Assembly (NCBI GenBank): GCA_964453215.1
Contig: CAYVRR010000003.1
Location: 8,655-72,654, forward strand
Length of the DNA: 64,000 nt
Direction: 5' to 3'
From: an uncultured Spirochaetaceae bacterium
GTDB lineage: Bacteria > Spirochaetota > Spirochaetia > Sphaerochaetales > Sphaerochaetaceae
Shown: positions 55,955 through 64,000 of the stretch, piece after piece
How the letters are laid out: the number at the start of each line of letters is the position of its first letter
How positions within the stretch are numbered: position 1 is the first letter of the stretch
The notes under the pieces: model-generated
The model's database searches: none
Told to the model about the DNA's origin: nothing
What the model saw: the letters and a program-made list of their open reading frames with translations, nothing else
Translations under genes and position numbers: made by a program

Positions 55955-58136
55955 CTAGATATGTTGATACTGTTAATGGTGTCTCTCCATATCCAATAAT
56001 TGTATCATCAATTTTCACGATTCCCTTTTCACTATACATCTTAAATGAGAAAAACACATCAGCTTTAAGCTGAGTTCGACTTTGTGGAATTTCTACTCCT
56101 AGTGGGTTTAGTTGTGTTCCAACTTCAAATTGTGGAGCAAATATTACTTCACAAGTGGTATGCTCTTCTTGATTTGGGTCTGATGCAGCAAGCAGCATTC
56201 CCCTACTCTTCGCACCTCTAAAATTAGCAGGTTTTAGATTTTCAACAAGAATTATGTGTTGTCCAAGAAGTTCTTCTTTTGTGTAAAAAGGAACAATTGA
56301 AGAGACTATTTGTGTGAGTTCAGGACTTCCTGTATTAAGTTGAATAATATACAATCTCTCTCCACCTGGGTGTTGTTCAACTTCTTCAATTTTTGCAACT
56401 TTAAGGGATACTTTATTTGCAAATTCTTGTGCTATACGTATCTGTTGTACTTCTTCTTCCATCGTTCTCTCCTCGTTTCTCTCTTTTTGTGTTCCACTAT
56501 ATGCTAACTTTAATTCTTCTATTCTTTTATCTTCTAATTTAGTAAATAAATGCTCTATAGGCTGGAGTTTCCCTATCCCTTCTAAAGACCCAAGCATTTC
56601 ATAGGTCGTCTCTGTTGCTTGGAGAAATTGTAGTATTCTGTGACTTGTTTCTGGCATGAATGGATGGAGTAAGTATCCAATATCTCTAATTAAGATAGTG
56701 AGTGTCAACAATAGTGTTTTTGTCTTCTCATTATCTACTTTCATCAATTTCCAAGGCTCTGCATCTTGAAATGCTTTATTACCTATTGATGATAATGTGA
56801 GTATTTCTCGAATTGCATCACGTAGTTCTGCTCGCTCAAAGTGTTGATCTATTCGGGTTTCTGTCTCTTTTATCTGATCAAGTAATTGTGTATCTACTGT
56901 GGTAGTATCTAAGGAACCATCATAGAATCGATGTATAAATGAGAGTGTTCTGTTTACGAGGTTAGAAATATTTCCAATGAGTTCTTTGTTAACTTTTTCT
57001 TGGAAGTCTTTCCAAGTAAATAGTACATCAGCTTTCTCCGGACGGTTATAAAAGAGATAGAATCGCCACACATCAGCTGGTATTGCAGTATCTTGGACAT
57101 CATTTCCAAATATTCCCATTCCTAAGCTTTTAGAGAATTTTCCATCTTCATAGTTTAGGTATTCGCTACTAGACATATGATGGAGCATTGTCCAATCTTG
57201 TCCTGTGGCAAGGAGTGTTGATGGGAAGATTACTGTATGAAATGGGATATTATCTTTTCCGATAAATTGAAATAGCTCGGTATGTTCATTATCAAACCAC
57301 CACTTCTTCCACTCGTCGGTATACGCTGCTGTAATAGAGATGTATCCTATAGGGGCATCGAACCAAACATAAAATACTTTATGTTCAAATCCCTCTTTTG
57401 GAACTGGAATTCCCCATTTTAAGTCTCTTGTAATTGCTCGCTCTTTAAGGCCGTCGCGAATCCAGCTTTTTGTTGTTTGAATTGCATTTTTAGCCCAAAA
57501 TCCTTCTACACTTGCTCTGTCTATCCATTTTTGAAGTAAGGGAAGTGCTTTAGGGAGGTCTATATAGAGGTGTTTCGTTTTTTTAATAATTGGTGTGTTA
57601 TTACATACAGAGCATTTTGGTTCGATGAGATCACTCGGGTCTAAAAGAGTTTGACAAGCGTCACACTGATCCCCCCTTGCTCCAATTGATCCACATTTGG
57701 GGCATGTTCCTACCACAAATCTATCTGCTAAAAATCTTTCATCATGTTCACAATAGAGTTGTTCTATCTCTTTTTCACTTATGTAGCCATGTGTATCGAC
57801 AAGGTGAAAAATATCTTGAACAATTTTTGTTTGTTCGTCACTGCTTGTGCGACCAAATGAATCAAATTGTATATTAAACCAGTCATATATTTCTTTGTGA
57901 ATGACGTGATAACGGTCACAGAGTTCTTTTGGTGAAATTCCTTCTTGAAGTGCTTTTGTTTCACTTGCTGTTCCATACTCATCTGTTCCACATATGTAGA
58001 GAGTTTCGTACCCTTTTATTCGACAAAAACGGGCAAAACAATCTGCTGATAGTACTTGAATGAGGTTTCCTAAATGAGGAATATTGTTTACATACGGTAG
58101 GGCTGAGGTTACAAGTCTTTTTTTCATAAACACCAC
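55938..58136 (-). CDS. metG: Methionine--tRNA ligase with a C-terminal tRNA-binding (EMAP/Trbp111-like) domain
   Basis: ALPYVNNIPHLGNL (HIGH region), KFSKSLG (KMSKS), CPKCG...CDAC zinc knuckle. Alternative ATG at 58127. Confidence 0.92.
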   Translation of the reverse strand: MVFMKKRLVTSALPYVNNIPHLGNLIQVLSADCFARFCRIKGYETLYICGTDEYGTASETKALQEGISPKELCDRYHVIHKEIYDWFNIQFDSFGRTSSDEQTKIVQDIFHLVDTHGYISEKEIEQLYCEHDERFLADRFVVGTCPKCGSIGARGDQCDACQTLLDPSDLIEPKCSVCNNTPIIKKTKHLYIDLPKALPLLQKWIDRASVEGFWAKNAIQTTKSWIRDGLKERAITRDLKWGIPVPKEGFEHKVFYVWFDAPIGYISITAAYTDEWKKWWFDNEHTELFQFIGKDNIPFHTVIFPSTLLATGQDWTMLHHMSSSEYLNYEDGKFSKSLGMGIFGNDVQDTAIPADVWRFYLFYNRPEKADVLFTWKDFQEKVNKELIGNISNLVNRTLSFIHRFYDGSLDTTTVDTQLLDQIKETETRIDQHFERAELRDAIREILTLSSIGNKAFQDAEPWKLMKVDNEKTKTLLLTLTILIRDIGYLLHPFMPETSHRILQFLQATETTYEMLGSLEGIGKLQPIEHLFTKLEDKRIEELKLAYSGTQKERNEERTMEEEVQQIRIAQEFANKVSLKVAKIEEVEQHPGGERLYIIQLNTGSPELTQIVSSIVPFYTKEELLGQHIILVENLKPANFRGAKSRGMLLAASDPNQEEHTTCEVIFAPQFEVGTQLNPLGVEIPQSRTQLKADVFFSFKMYSEKGIVKIDDTIIGYGETPLTVSTYLDGEIG

Positions 58137-58226
58137 TATACCTTATCTCATCCTATTTTTTCAATCATTGAAGCGAAATTTAGGGTTTATTGAAGAAATT
58201 ACTTATATCTTCTTTTATCGGGTTCA

Positions 58227-58255
58227 TTGACGATAGATTGTATCTGCTATACATT
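58227..58255 (+). promoter_or_regulatory. Candidate sigma70-type promoter of hflKC
   Basis: TTGACG, 17 nt, TACATT. Confidence 0.3.
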
Positions 58256-58298
58256 TAAATAGTACCGATATAATCGGAATTCTCAAGGAGGAGATGCA

Positions 58299-59285
58299 AT
58301 GAACAATTCGGATGCGTCCCAAGGTAAGTTTCGCCTTAGTCCGAAACTTATAATAGCTATCATAGGCATTATTATACTTTTTGCACTGGTGATGAGTAGC
58401 GTTTTTGTTGTGGATCAGAGTGAGCAAGCAGTTGTCTTGCGATTTGGAAAATACAATAGAACAGTAGGTCCTGGGTTACAAATAAAGTTACCTTTAGGAA
58501 TCGATAAAAATTTCAATATTCCAACAAGAGTGGTACAGACAATGACTTTTGGTCAAACTACTCCTAGTAGTTTCAATTCAAATTTCATGAACTCTCCATC
58601 GGGATCAACAGCTGGCGAATCGATCATGTTAACAGGTGATTTAAATATTGTAGATGTACAATGGATTATTCAATATAGAATTGAAGACCCTGCTAAATGG
58701 CTTTTTAATGTGAGAGAACGGGATAAAACTATTCGTGATATTAGCCAATCTGTCCTCAATATGTTAGTAGGAGATCTTCCAATTCTTGCCATTATGTCGA
58801 GTGAAAGAACTGCGATAGAACTTGAATCTCAAGAACGTATGCAAGAAGCGTTTGATTCGTATGGTTTAGGTATTAGAATAGTTACTGTGAAGTTACAAAA
58901 TACTGTTCCCCCAGTTGGTGAAGTTCAAGATGCTTTTGAAGATGTAAACAAGGCTATTCAAGATATGAATAGATATATTAATGAAGGGAAACAATCGTAT
59001 AATAAAGAGATTCCTCGAGCACAAGGGGAAGCTGCGAAGATTTTCCAAGTAGCTGAAGGGTATGCAGCAGAGAGAGTAAATAATGCTAAGGGTGATGTTG
59101 CACGATTTAACTCTGTGAGAGAGGCTTATTCTTCTAACAAGGAGATAACAGCCCGTCGTTTATATATTGAAACGATGGAACAGGTTCTTAACAGTGCGAA
59201 TACGGGTACTATTACTCTCATAGATAAAAATTTAGAGAATTTCCTTCCTGTAAGTCAGTTTAATTCAGTGGGAGGTGCAAAATGA
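58299..59285 (+). CDS. hflK: FtsH protease modulator HflK
   Basis: N-terminal TM segment plus SPFH domain. AAGGAGG Shine-Dalgarno sequence. ATGA overlap with hflC. Confidence 0.85.
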   Translation: MNNSDASQGKFRLSPKLIIAIIGIIILFALVMSSVFVVDQSEQAVVLRFGKYNRTVGPGLQIKLPLGIDKNFNIPTRVVQTMTFGQTTPSSFNSNFMNSPSGSTAGESIMLTGDLNIVDVQWIIQYRIEDPAKWLFNVRERDKTIRDISQSVLNMLVGDLPILAIMSSERTAIELESQERMQEAFDSYGLGIRIVTVKLQNTVPPVGEVQDAFEDVNKAIQDMNRYINEGKQSYNKEIPRAQGEAAKIFQVAEGYAAERVNNAKGDVARFNSVREAYSSNKEITARRLYIETMEQVLNSANTGTITLIDKNLENFLPVSQFNSVGGAK

Positions 59286-60271
59286 AGAAATTAATTACAA
59301 CAGGGGTTGTGGTATTAATCCTTGCTATTATATTTTTATTACTTGGTCCATTCTTCATTATCCAAGAGGGTGAATTAGCCGTTATTACCCGTTTTGGTAG
59401 GATAATAAATACCTATGAAGATGCGGGATTAAAAATTCGTGTTCCTGTAGTTGATAATGTTATTAAGTATCCAAAGAAGATTCTCTCTTGGGATGGTGAT
59501 GCTCAACGTATTCCTACCAAAGAAAATCAATTTATCTGGGTTGATACTACAGCACGATGGAGAATTTCTGACCCTTCAATTTTCTATCAATCAGTAAGTA
59601 CATTAGAGAATGGGATTTTACGATTAAATGATGTTATTGATTCAACTATTCGAACTGTTATAAGTGAGAATTACCTTAATGAGGCTGTAAGAAATTCTAA
59701 TAAAATTAACAATTTAAAGATTGAAGATCAGGTTGCTAATGTTGAAAGTTTAGAAGATGCTGAGCAATTAAGAAATCTTACTCGTACTGAAATAAATCAA
59801 GAATCTATCTATATTGGACGTGAAGGGCTCTCTGCTCAAATGCTCACTATGGCAAGAAACTTTACATCAGAGTTTGGTATTGAAGTTCTTGATATTGTAA
59901 TAAGGCAAATTAGATACAGTGATGATTTAACTCAAAGTGTGTATCAGAGAATGATTAAAGAGAGAAATCAGATAGCTGAAGCCTACCGTTCATATGGTGA
60001 AGGGCAGCAAGCTCGTTGGGTTGGTAAAACTGAGAACGATAAAAAGAGTATTATCAGTGAAGCGTATGCTAAAAGTGAAGAAATTAAGGGTATAGCAGAT
60101 GCTACAGCAACGAATATCTATTCAAAAAGTTATGAAGCAGATCCTACTTTCTTTACATTATGGAGAAACTTAGAGTCATATAGGAAGACTATTCCTTCTA
60201 TTAATAAGATTCTTAGTACTGATATGGATTACTTTAATTTCTTATATTCACCAGATAGTTTGATTGATTAA
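59282..60271 (+). CDS. hflC: FtsH protease modulator HflC
   Basis: TM segment plus SPFH domain, paired with hflK. Confidence 0.85.
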   Translation: MKKLITTGVVVLILAIIFLLLGPFFIIQEGELAVITRFGRIINTYEDAGLKIRVPVVDNVIKYPKKILSWDGDAQRIPTKENQFIWVDTTARWRISDPSIFYQSVSTLENGILRLNDVIDSTIRTVISENYLNEAVRNSNKINNLKIEDQVANVESLEDAEQLRNLTRTEINQESIYIGREGLSAQMLTMARNFTSEFGIEVLDIVIRQIRYSDDLTQSVYQRMIKERNQIAEAYRSYGEGQQARWVGKTENDKKSIISEAYAKSEEIKGIADATATNIYSKSYEADPTFFTLWRNLESYRKTIPSINKILSTDMDYFNFLYSPDSLID

Positions 60272-60290
60272 TCTATTCAAACAAGATAAT

Positions 60291-60332
60291 GGCCACTATG
60301 CAACATGTGTATAGTGGCCTATTTTGTTTTTT
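60291..60332 (+). terminator. Rho-independent terminator after hflC
   Basis: 9-bp stem GGCCACTAT / ATAGTGGCC with an 11-nt loop, then TATTTTGTTTTTT. Also abuts the 3' end of the convergent Fur-family gene. Confidence 0.7.
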
Positions 60333-60343
60333 GGGTGATGCAA

Positions 60344-60751
60344 TTAACTACAAGATGGGCATACACCTTTTAAATAGATTGTTACTCCGTTAATGGTGTA
60401 ATTATCTTTAAGGGATATTTCTGGAATACAGACATCAAAGATGTCATAAATGGTATCACATTTTTCACATTTAAAGTGCAAGTGGGGTGTAATATTAGCA
60501 TCGTAACGCATCTCTTGGGGATCAATTCCTACAGTTTGAATGACATGTTTATCAGTTAATAGATGAAGGACGTTGTAGACTGTTGTTCGAGATATTGATG
60601 CCATCGAACTCTTTAATCCATTGTATATGTCATCAGCGGTTGGATGGACTCTGTTCTTATTTAAATACTCTAGAACTGCAACTCTATGATTTAAAGGCCT
60701 TATTCCATGCTCTTTAAGTTGTGAAATTTCGTTATAACAGTAAGTTCCCAT
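60344..60751 (-). CDS. Fur-family (PerR/Zur/Fur) metalloregulator
   Basis: Winged-helix N-terminus (RTTVYNVLHLL), HFKCEKC and CPSC zinc-site pairs. GGAGG Shine-Dalgarno sequence. Confidence 0.8.
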   Translation of the reverse strand: MGTYCYNEISQLKEHGIRPLNHRVAVLEYLNKNRVHPTADDIYNGLKSSMASISRTTVYNVLHLLTDKHVIQTVGIDPQEMRYDANITPHLHFKCEKCDTIYDIFDVCIPEISLKDNYTINGVTIYLKGVCPSCS

Positions 60752-60944
60752 ATGTATACCTCCGATTATTAAACATAAAGTCTTTCCCTTATGTCACTAC
60801 TAACTTCTTCTTCATCATACGAGATAAGAAGAAAATAATAAAGTGGAAACTTTATTTATTATTGTTTTTATCTAATTCCAATTTACCACATATTACACTT
60901 CCTCAACTCCTCAATGTTCGTTATAGTACTACATGGAGTGGTTG

Positions 60945-61379
60945 ATGAAATATCGTTCTCTTATCTACATTGCTATTATCTCACTACTTTCACTCATATT
61001 TGTAGCAGGATGCTCTACTTCAAATGTAAATTATAAGAATTCATTGGTTTCTTACAATTTGTTTACTGGTATTGTGCGATATCCTGGGAATTTGTACTTT
61101 CCATCACGCGTTCGCTTAGAGATTACCCTTCATGAGCATAATAGATATGATGGAGAGTCCTATTTTGTAGTTTCTCAAGTAATTAATAATCCACAACGGT
61201 TTCCTGTAAATTATACACTTCGTTATTTATCTGAAGAGGTGAACTCTTCTAATCTTTTTTCTATCTCTTATGCCCTTTATAAGGAGGGAGAGAGTAAACC
61301 TTACTTGTTTGCAGAGAGTCAAAAGGTTAAAGAATCAGAATTAAGCAATCCTATTGATATTATGTTAAAGGCAGATTAA
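60945..61379 (+). CDS. Small lipoprotein (YbaY/YscW-like?)
   Basis: Signal peptide with lipobox FVAGC. GGAG lies 6 nt before the ATG at 60945. Family assignment is tentative. Confidence 0.55.
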   Translation: MKYRSLIYIAIISLLSLIFVAGCSTSNVNYKNSLVSYNLFTGIVRYPGNLYFPSRVRLEITLHEHNRYDGESYFVVSQVINNPQRFPVNYTLRYLSEEVNSSNLFSISYALYKEGESKPYLFAESQKVKESELSNPIDIMLKAD

Positions 61380-61400
61380 TCTTTTTATTTTCATGTATAT

Positions 61401-61446
61401 TTATGCAATAAACTCTTGAATATTGTTAATTATTATGCAATATTGC
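61401..61446. promoter_or_regulatory. Repeated TTATGCAATA boxes and a 10-bp palindrome upstream of argG (candidate operator)
   Basis: TTATGCAATA at 61401-61410 and 61433-61442 (32 nt apart). The second copy overlaps the perfect palindrome GCAATATTGC (61437-61446). Confidence 0.3.
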
Positions 61447-61498
61447 TGGTATTACATGAGTATATATACTAAACATGGTATTTAAGGTGGATAAAAAA

Positions 61499-62749
61499 AT
61501 GGCAAAAGATAAGGTGATTTTAGCATATAGTGGTGGTCTTGATACATCAGTAATCTTGAAATGGCTTGCTAACAAGGGTTTTGATGTTATTGCATATGTT
61601 GCTAATGTTGGGCAGAAAGAGGATTTTGAAGCGATTAAAGAAAAAGCATTCGCGACCGGTGCTTCTAAAGTTTATGTTGAAGATCTTCGTGAAGAGCTGG
61701 TAACAGATTATATTTTTCATGCACTAAAAGCTAATGCGATGTATGAGGGTAGATATTTACTTGGAACGAGTATTGCTCGTCCTATTATTGCTAAACGTCA
61801 TATAGAAATTGCTAAAAAAGAGAATACGCTCTATGTTGCCCATGGTGCTACTGGAAAAGGTAATGATCAAGTTCGTTTTGAATTAGGGTATTACGCCCTT
61901 ATGCCTGAAGTGAAAATTATTGCTCCTTGGAAAGATCCTGAATGGTTGAATGAATTTGAGGGGCGAAGTGATATGATTAATTATGCCTCTAAGTATGACA
62001 TTCCTATTAAAGCCTCTACTAAAAAACCCTATAGTGAGGATGAAAATATTCTACATATTTCCCATGAAGCTGGGATTTTAGAAGACCCAGATTTGAGGTG
62101 TCCTGAAGAGGTATTTAGTCACACATTAAGTCCTCTAGATGCCCCTGATGAAGAAACTGTTGTAGCAATAGAGTTTGTTGATGGTATCCCTGTGAAGGTT
62201 ACTAATGAGAATGATGGAACTGTTATTGATACTCCTCTTGAACTTTTTATCTATTTAAACCAATTGGGTCACGACAATGCTATTGGCAGAGTTGATATGG
62301 TTGAAAATAGGTATGTTGGAATTAAGAGTCGTGGGGTATATGAAACTCCAGGTGGAACTATTCTTTGGTTTGCCCATCGTGATCTAGAGGGTATTTGTAT
62401 GGATAAAGAGGTGATGCATTTACGTGATATGTTAATGCCTAAATTTGCTGAAATTATCTACAATGGGTATTGGTTTAGTCCTGAGTTTGATTTTCTCTCA
62501 GCTGCATTTAATAAGAGCCAAGAATTGATAACAGGTGTTGCTAAGGTTGCCCTTCTTAAAGGGAATATGATTAGTGCAGGTGTGAGTAGTCCCTACTCTC
62601 TTTATAATGAAAAGCTTGGAAGTATGGAAGTTTCGGGTGGGTATCAGCCTGTCGATTGTAAAGGGTTTATTAATATTAATGGGATTAGATTACAAGCTCA
62701 CCATTACTGGTTAAAAGCAAAAGAATTGGATGATGCTCGAAAGAAATAA
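61499..62749 (+). CDS. argG: Argininosuccinate synthase
   Basis: [12 protein letters not shown]-PPase motif. AAGGTGG lies upstream of the ATG at 61499. Confidence 0.92.
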   Translation: MAKDKVILAYSGGLDTSVILKWLANKGFDVIAYVANVGQKEDFEAIKEKAFATGASKVYVEDLREELVTDYIFHALKANAMYEGRYLLGTSIARPIIAKRHIEIAKKENTLYVAHGATGKGNDQVRFELGYYALMPEVKIIAPWKDPEWLNEFEGRSDMINYASKYDIPIKASTKKPYSEDENILHISHEAGILEDPDLRCPEEVFSHTLSPLDAPDEETVVAIEFVDGIPVKVTNENDGTVIDTPLELFIYLNQLGHDNAIGRVDMVENRYVGIKSRGVYETPGGTILWFAHRDLEGICMDKEVMHLRDMLMPKFAEIIYNGYWFSPEFDFLSAAFNKSQELITGVAKVALLKGNMISAGVSSPYSLYNEKLGSMEVSGGYQPVDCKGFININGIRLQAHHYWLKAKELDDARKK

Positions 62750-62759
62750 GGTATAAGAG

Positions 62760-63092
62760 TTACATTAGTTCTTCATAGTGTTCAACGCCAAGAGCAAGGA
62801 TGCGTTCTATGTGATCGTCGTTAAGGCGGTAGTAGATACTGCGTCCTTCTTTTCTACTATGAACAAGTCTTGATGCTTTTAATAATTTTAATTGTTGTGA
62901 AATAGTAGATTGTTGCATTTCAAGGGTGTGGGCGATGCTTAACACAGGTAACTCTCCATGTTGGAGAAGAAAAAGGATTTTTAATCGTGTTGAGTCTCCA
63001 AAGACTTTAAAGAAGGAAGCTATTTCATATATATGTTCATCTGGTGGGATATGCAGATTTTCTTTCTCTTTCATATAGAAATATCTTATCAT
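62760..63092 (-). CDS. ArsR/SmtB-family transcriptional regulator
   Basis: FKVFGDSTRLKILFLL plus the recognition helix QSTISQQLKLL. Alternative start at 63074. Confidence 0.8.
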   Translation of the reverse strand: MIRYFYMKEKENLHIPPDEHIYEIASFFKVFGDSTRLKILFLLQHGELPVLSIAHTLEMQQSTISQQLKLLKASRLVHSRKEGRSIYYRLNDDHIERILALGVEHYEELM

Positions 63093-63184
63093 GGAGAGTA
63101 TCTATGTAGCAATATGAATCTCTCTTGCAAAATAGTCTAATTTTTTGTACAAACGTTACTATCAGGTAATAATGAGGTGAGAAT

Positions 63185-64000
63185 GTGTCTAATACGATGA
63201 ATAAGTTAGTCGCTGGTTGGATTGGAACTGGTGTGATGGGAAGGTGGATGTGTGAACATATTATGCCTCTTTTTACAGAAACTGTTGTATATAACAGAAC
63301 TGTTGAAAAAACTCTTCCTTTAGCTCAAAAAGGTGCTATTGTAGTAGATAGTCCACAAGAGGTTGCCAAGAGGGCTGATGTTATTTTTACAATAGTTGGT
63401 CATCCAAAAGATGTGAGGGATGTTTATTTTGGAGAGAAGGGGTTGTTTCGCGTCTTTCGTGAGGGGCTTTTGTTTATAGACATGACAACTACCGAACCGA
63501 GCCTTGCTATTGAAATTGAACAAAAGGCTCATTCTCTTGGATGTGATGCACTAGATGCGCCAGTGAGTGGAGGAGATGTTGGTGCTAAAGAATCTCGTCT
63601 TACCATTATGGTAGGTGGGAATGAAGCGAGTTATTTGAGAGCGCAACCATTTTTTGATGCTATGGGGACTTCAAAGTTACAAGGGGGACCAGGTAGTGGT
63701 CAACACACGAAGATGTGTAATCAGATTGTAATAGCTGGAACTATGGCTGGTGTGTGTGAGTCTCTTTTGTACGGAAGGAGGGCTGGGCTTGACGGAAAAA
63801 CTCTTATAGAGACTATTTCTAAGGGGGCTGCTGGTTGCTGGTCGCTTCAAAACTTAGCTCCAAGAATTATTGATAACAATTACAATCCTGGGTTTATGAT
63901 TGATCATTTTGTAAAAGATATGGGTATTGCTTTAGCAGAGGCAAAAAAGATGAATCTTTCTCTCCCCTCTTTAGCTTTAGTAGAACAACTCTATATTGCT
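63185..64000 (+). CDS. 3-hydroxyisobutyrate dehydrogenase-family oxidoreductase, 3' end outside the window
   Basis: Not in the ORF track because there is no stop in the window. My translation gives GWIGTGVMG (Rossmann), DAPVSGG and GSGQHTKMCNQ blocks. The GTG at 63185 follows GAGGTG; an alternative ATG is at 63197. Confidence 0.75.
   Translation, partial: MSNTMNKLVAGWIGTGVMGRWMCEHIMPLFTETVVYNRTVEKTLPLAQKGAIVVDSPQEVAKRADVIFTIVGHPKDVRDVYFGEKGLFRVFREGLLFIDMTTTEPSLAIEIEQKAHSLGCDALDAPVSGGDVGAKESRLTIMVGGNEASYLRAQPFFDAMGTSKLQGGPGSGQHTKMCNQIVIAGTMAGVCESLLYGRRAGLDGKTLIETISKGAAGCWSLQNLAPRIIDNNYNPGFMIDHFVKDMGIALAEAKKMNLSLPSLALVEQLYIA

Noticed and set aside
60805-60833. Inverted repeat TTCTTCTT-N13-AAGAAGAA between the Fur-family gene and the lipoprotein gene, as a possible Fur/PerR box.
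   Set aside because: The homopurine/homopyrimidine arms do not resemble known Fur-family operators (AT-rich 7-1-7 repeats). A chance match is likely in this composition.
63320-63532. 70-aa minus-strand ORF from the track.
   Set aside because: It lies inside the + strand HIBADH-family gene (63185 onward), which has clear Rossmann and catalytic blocks.
1-64000. CRISPR arrays, tRNA, rRNA or tmRNA genes, prophage or known defence-system genes.
   Set aside because: I saw no regularly spaced repeats, no GC-rich cloverleaf-sized islands in the intergenic regions and no hallmark proteins. This was judged by eye only; tRNAscan, Rfam and defence-finder runs would confirm it.

Overview
AT-rich, very compact bacterial chromosome segment. 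I computed no statistics; everything here was read by eye from the sequence and the ORF track. I support about 60 protein-coding genes. I found no rRNA, tRNA or CRISPR array, and no recognisable phage, integrase, toxin-antitoxin or restriction-modification genes. The backbone is housekeeping: trmB, mfd, nrdR, a shikimate cluster (aroK, aroC, fused aroD/aroE), rpsB-tsf-frr-uppS-cdsA, dxr-rseP, dnaB-rplI-DUF2232-rpsR-ssb-rpsF, murD-like, FemX-like, metG, hflKC, a Fur-family regulator, argG and an ArsR regulator. The rpsB-tsf-frr order without pyrH and the presence of an XPB/Rad25 homologue resemble spirochaete genomes; the taxon is inference only. The points most worth a second look are: (1) a 22.8-kb, 20-gene carbohydrate/polyol block lies between cdsA and dxr. 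It contains an acetoin/pyruvate-dehydrogenase-type E1-E2-E3 complex placed with a sugar kinase, an epimerase-like gene and a dehydrogenase. It also contains an sgc-like module (epimerase-like, DeoR, BtpA/SgcQ, peptidase-family protein, FGGY kinase), split DhaK/DhaL without DhaM co-operonic with a CUT2 ABC importer, and a 920-bp ORF-free spacer. (2) A RED-motif XPB helicase is translationally coupled to aroC and to an uncharacterised 647-aa partner. (3) A solo tnpB with an apparently intact RuvC triad lies between the rpsF operon and a 30-aa arginine/lysine-rich micro-ORF (bS22/AURKAIP1-like) that is absent from the ORF track. Start codons were refined only where a Shine-Dalgarno sequence and a conserved N-terminus agree. 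All promoters and operators are low-confidence motif calls.
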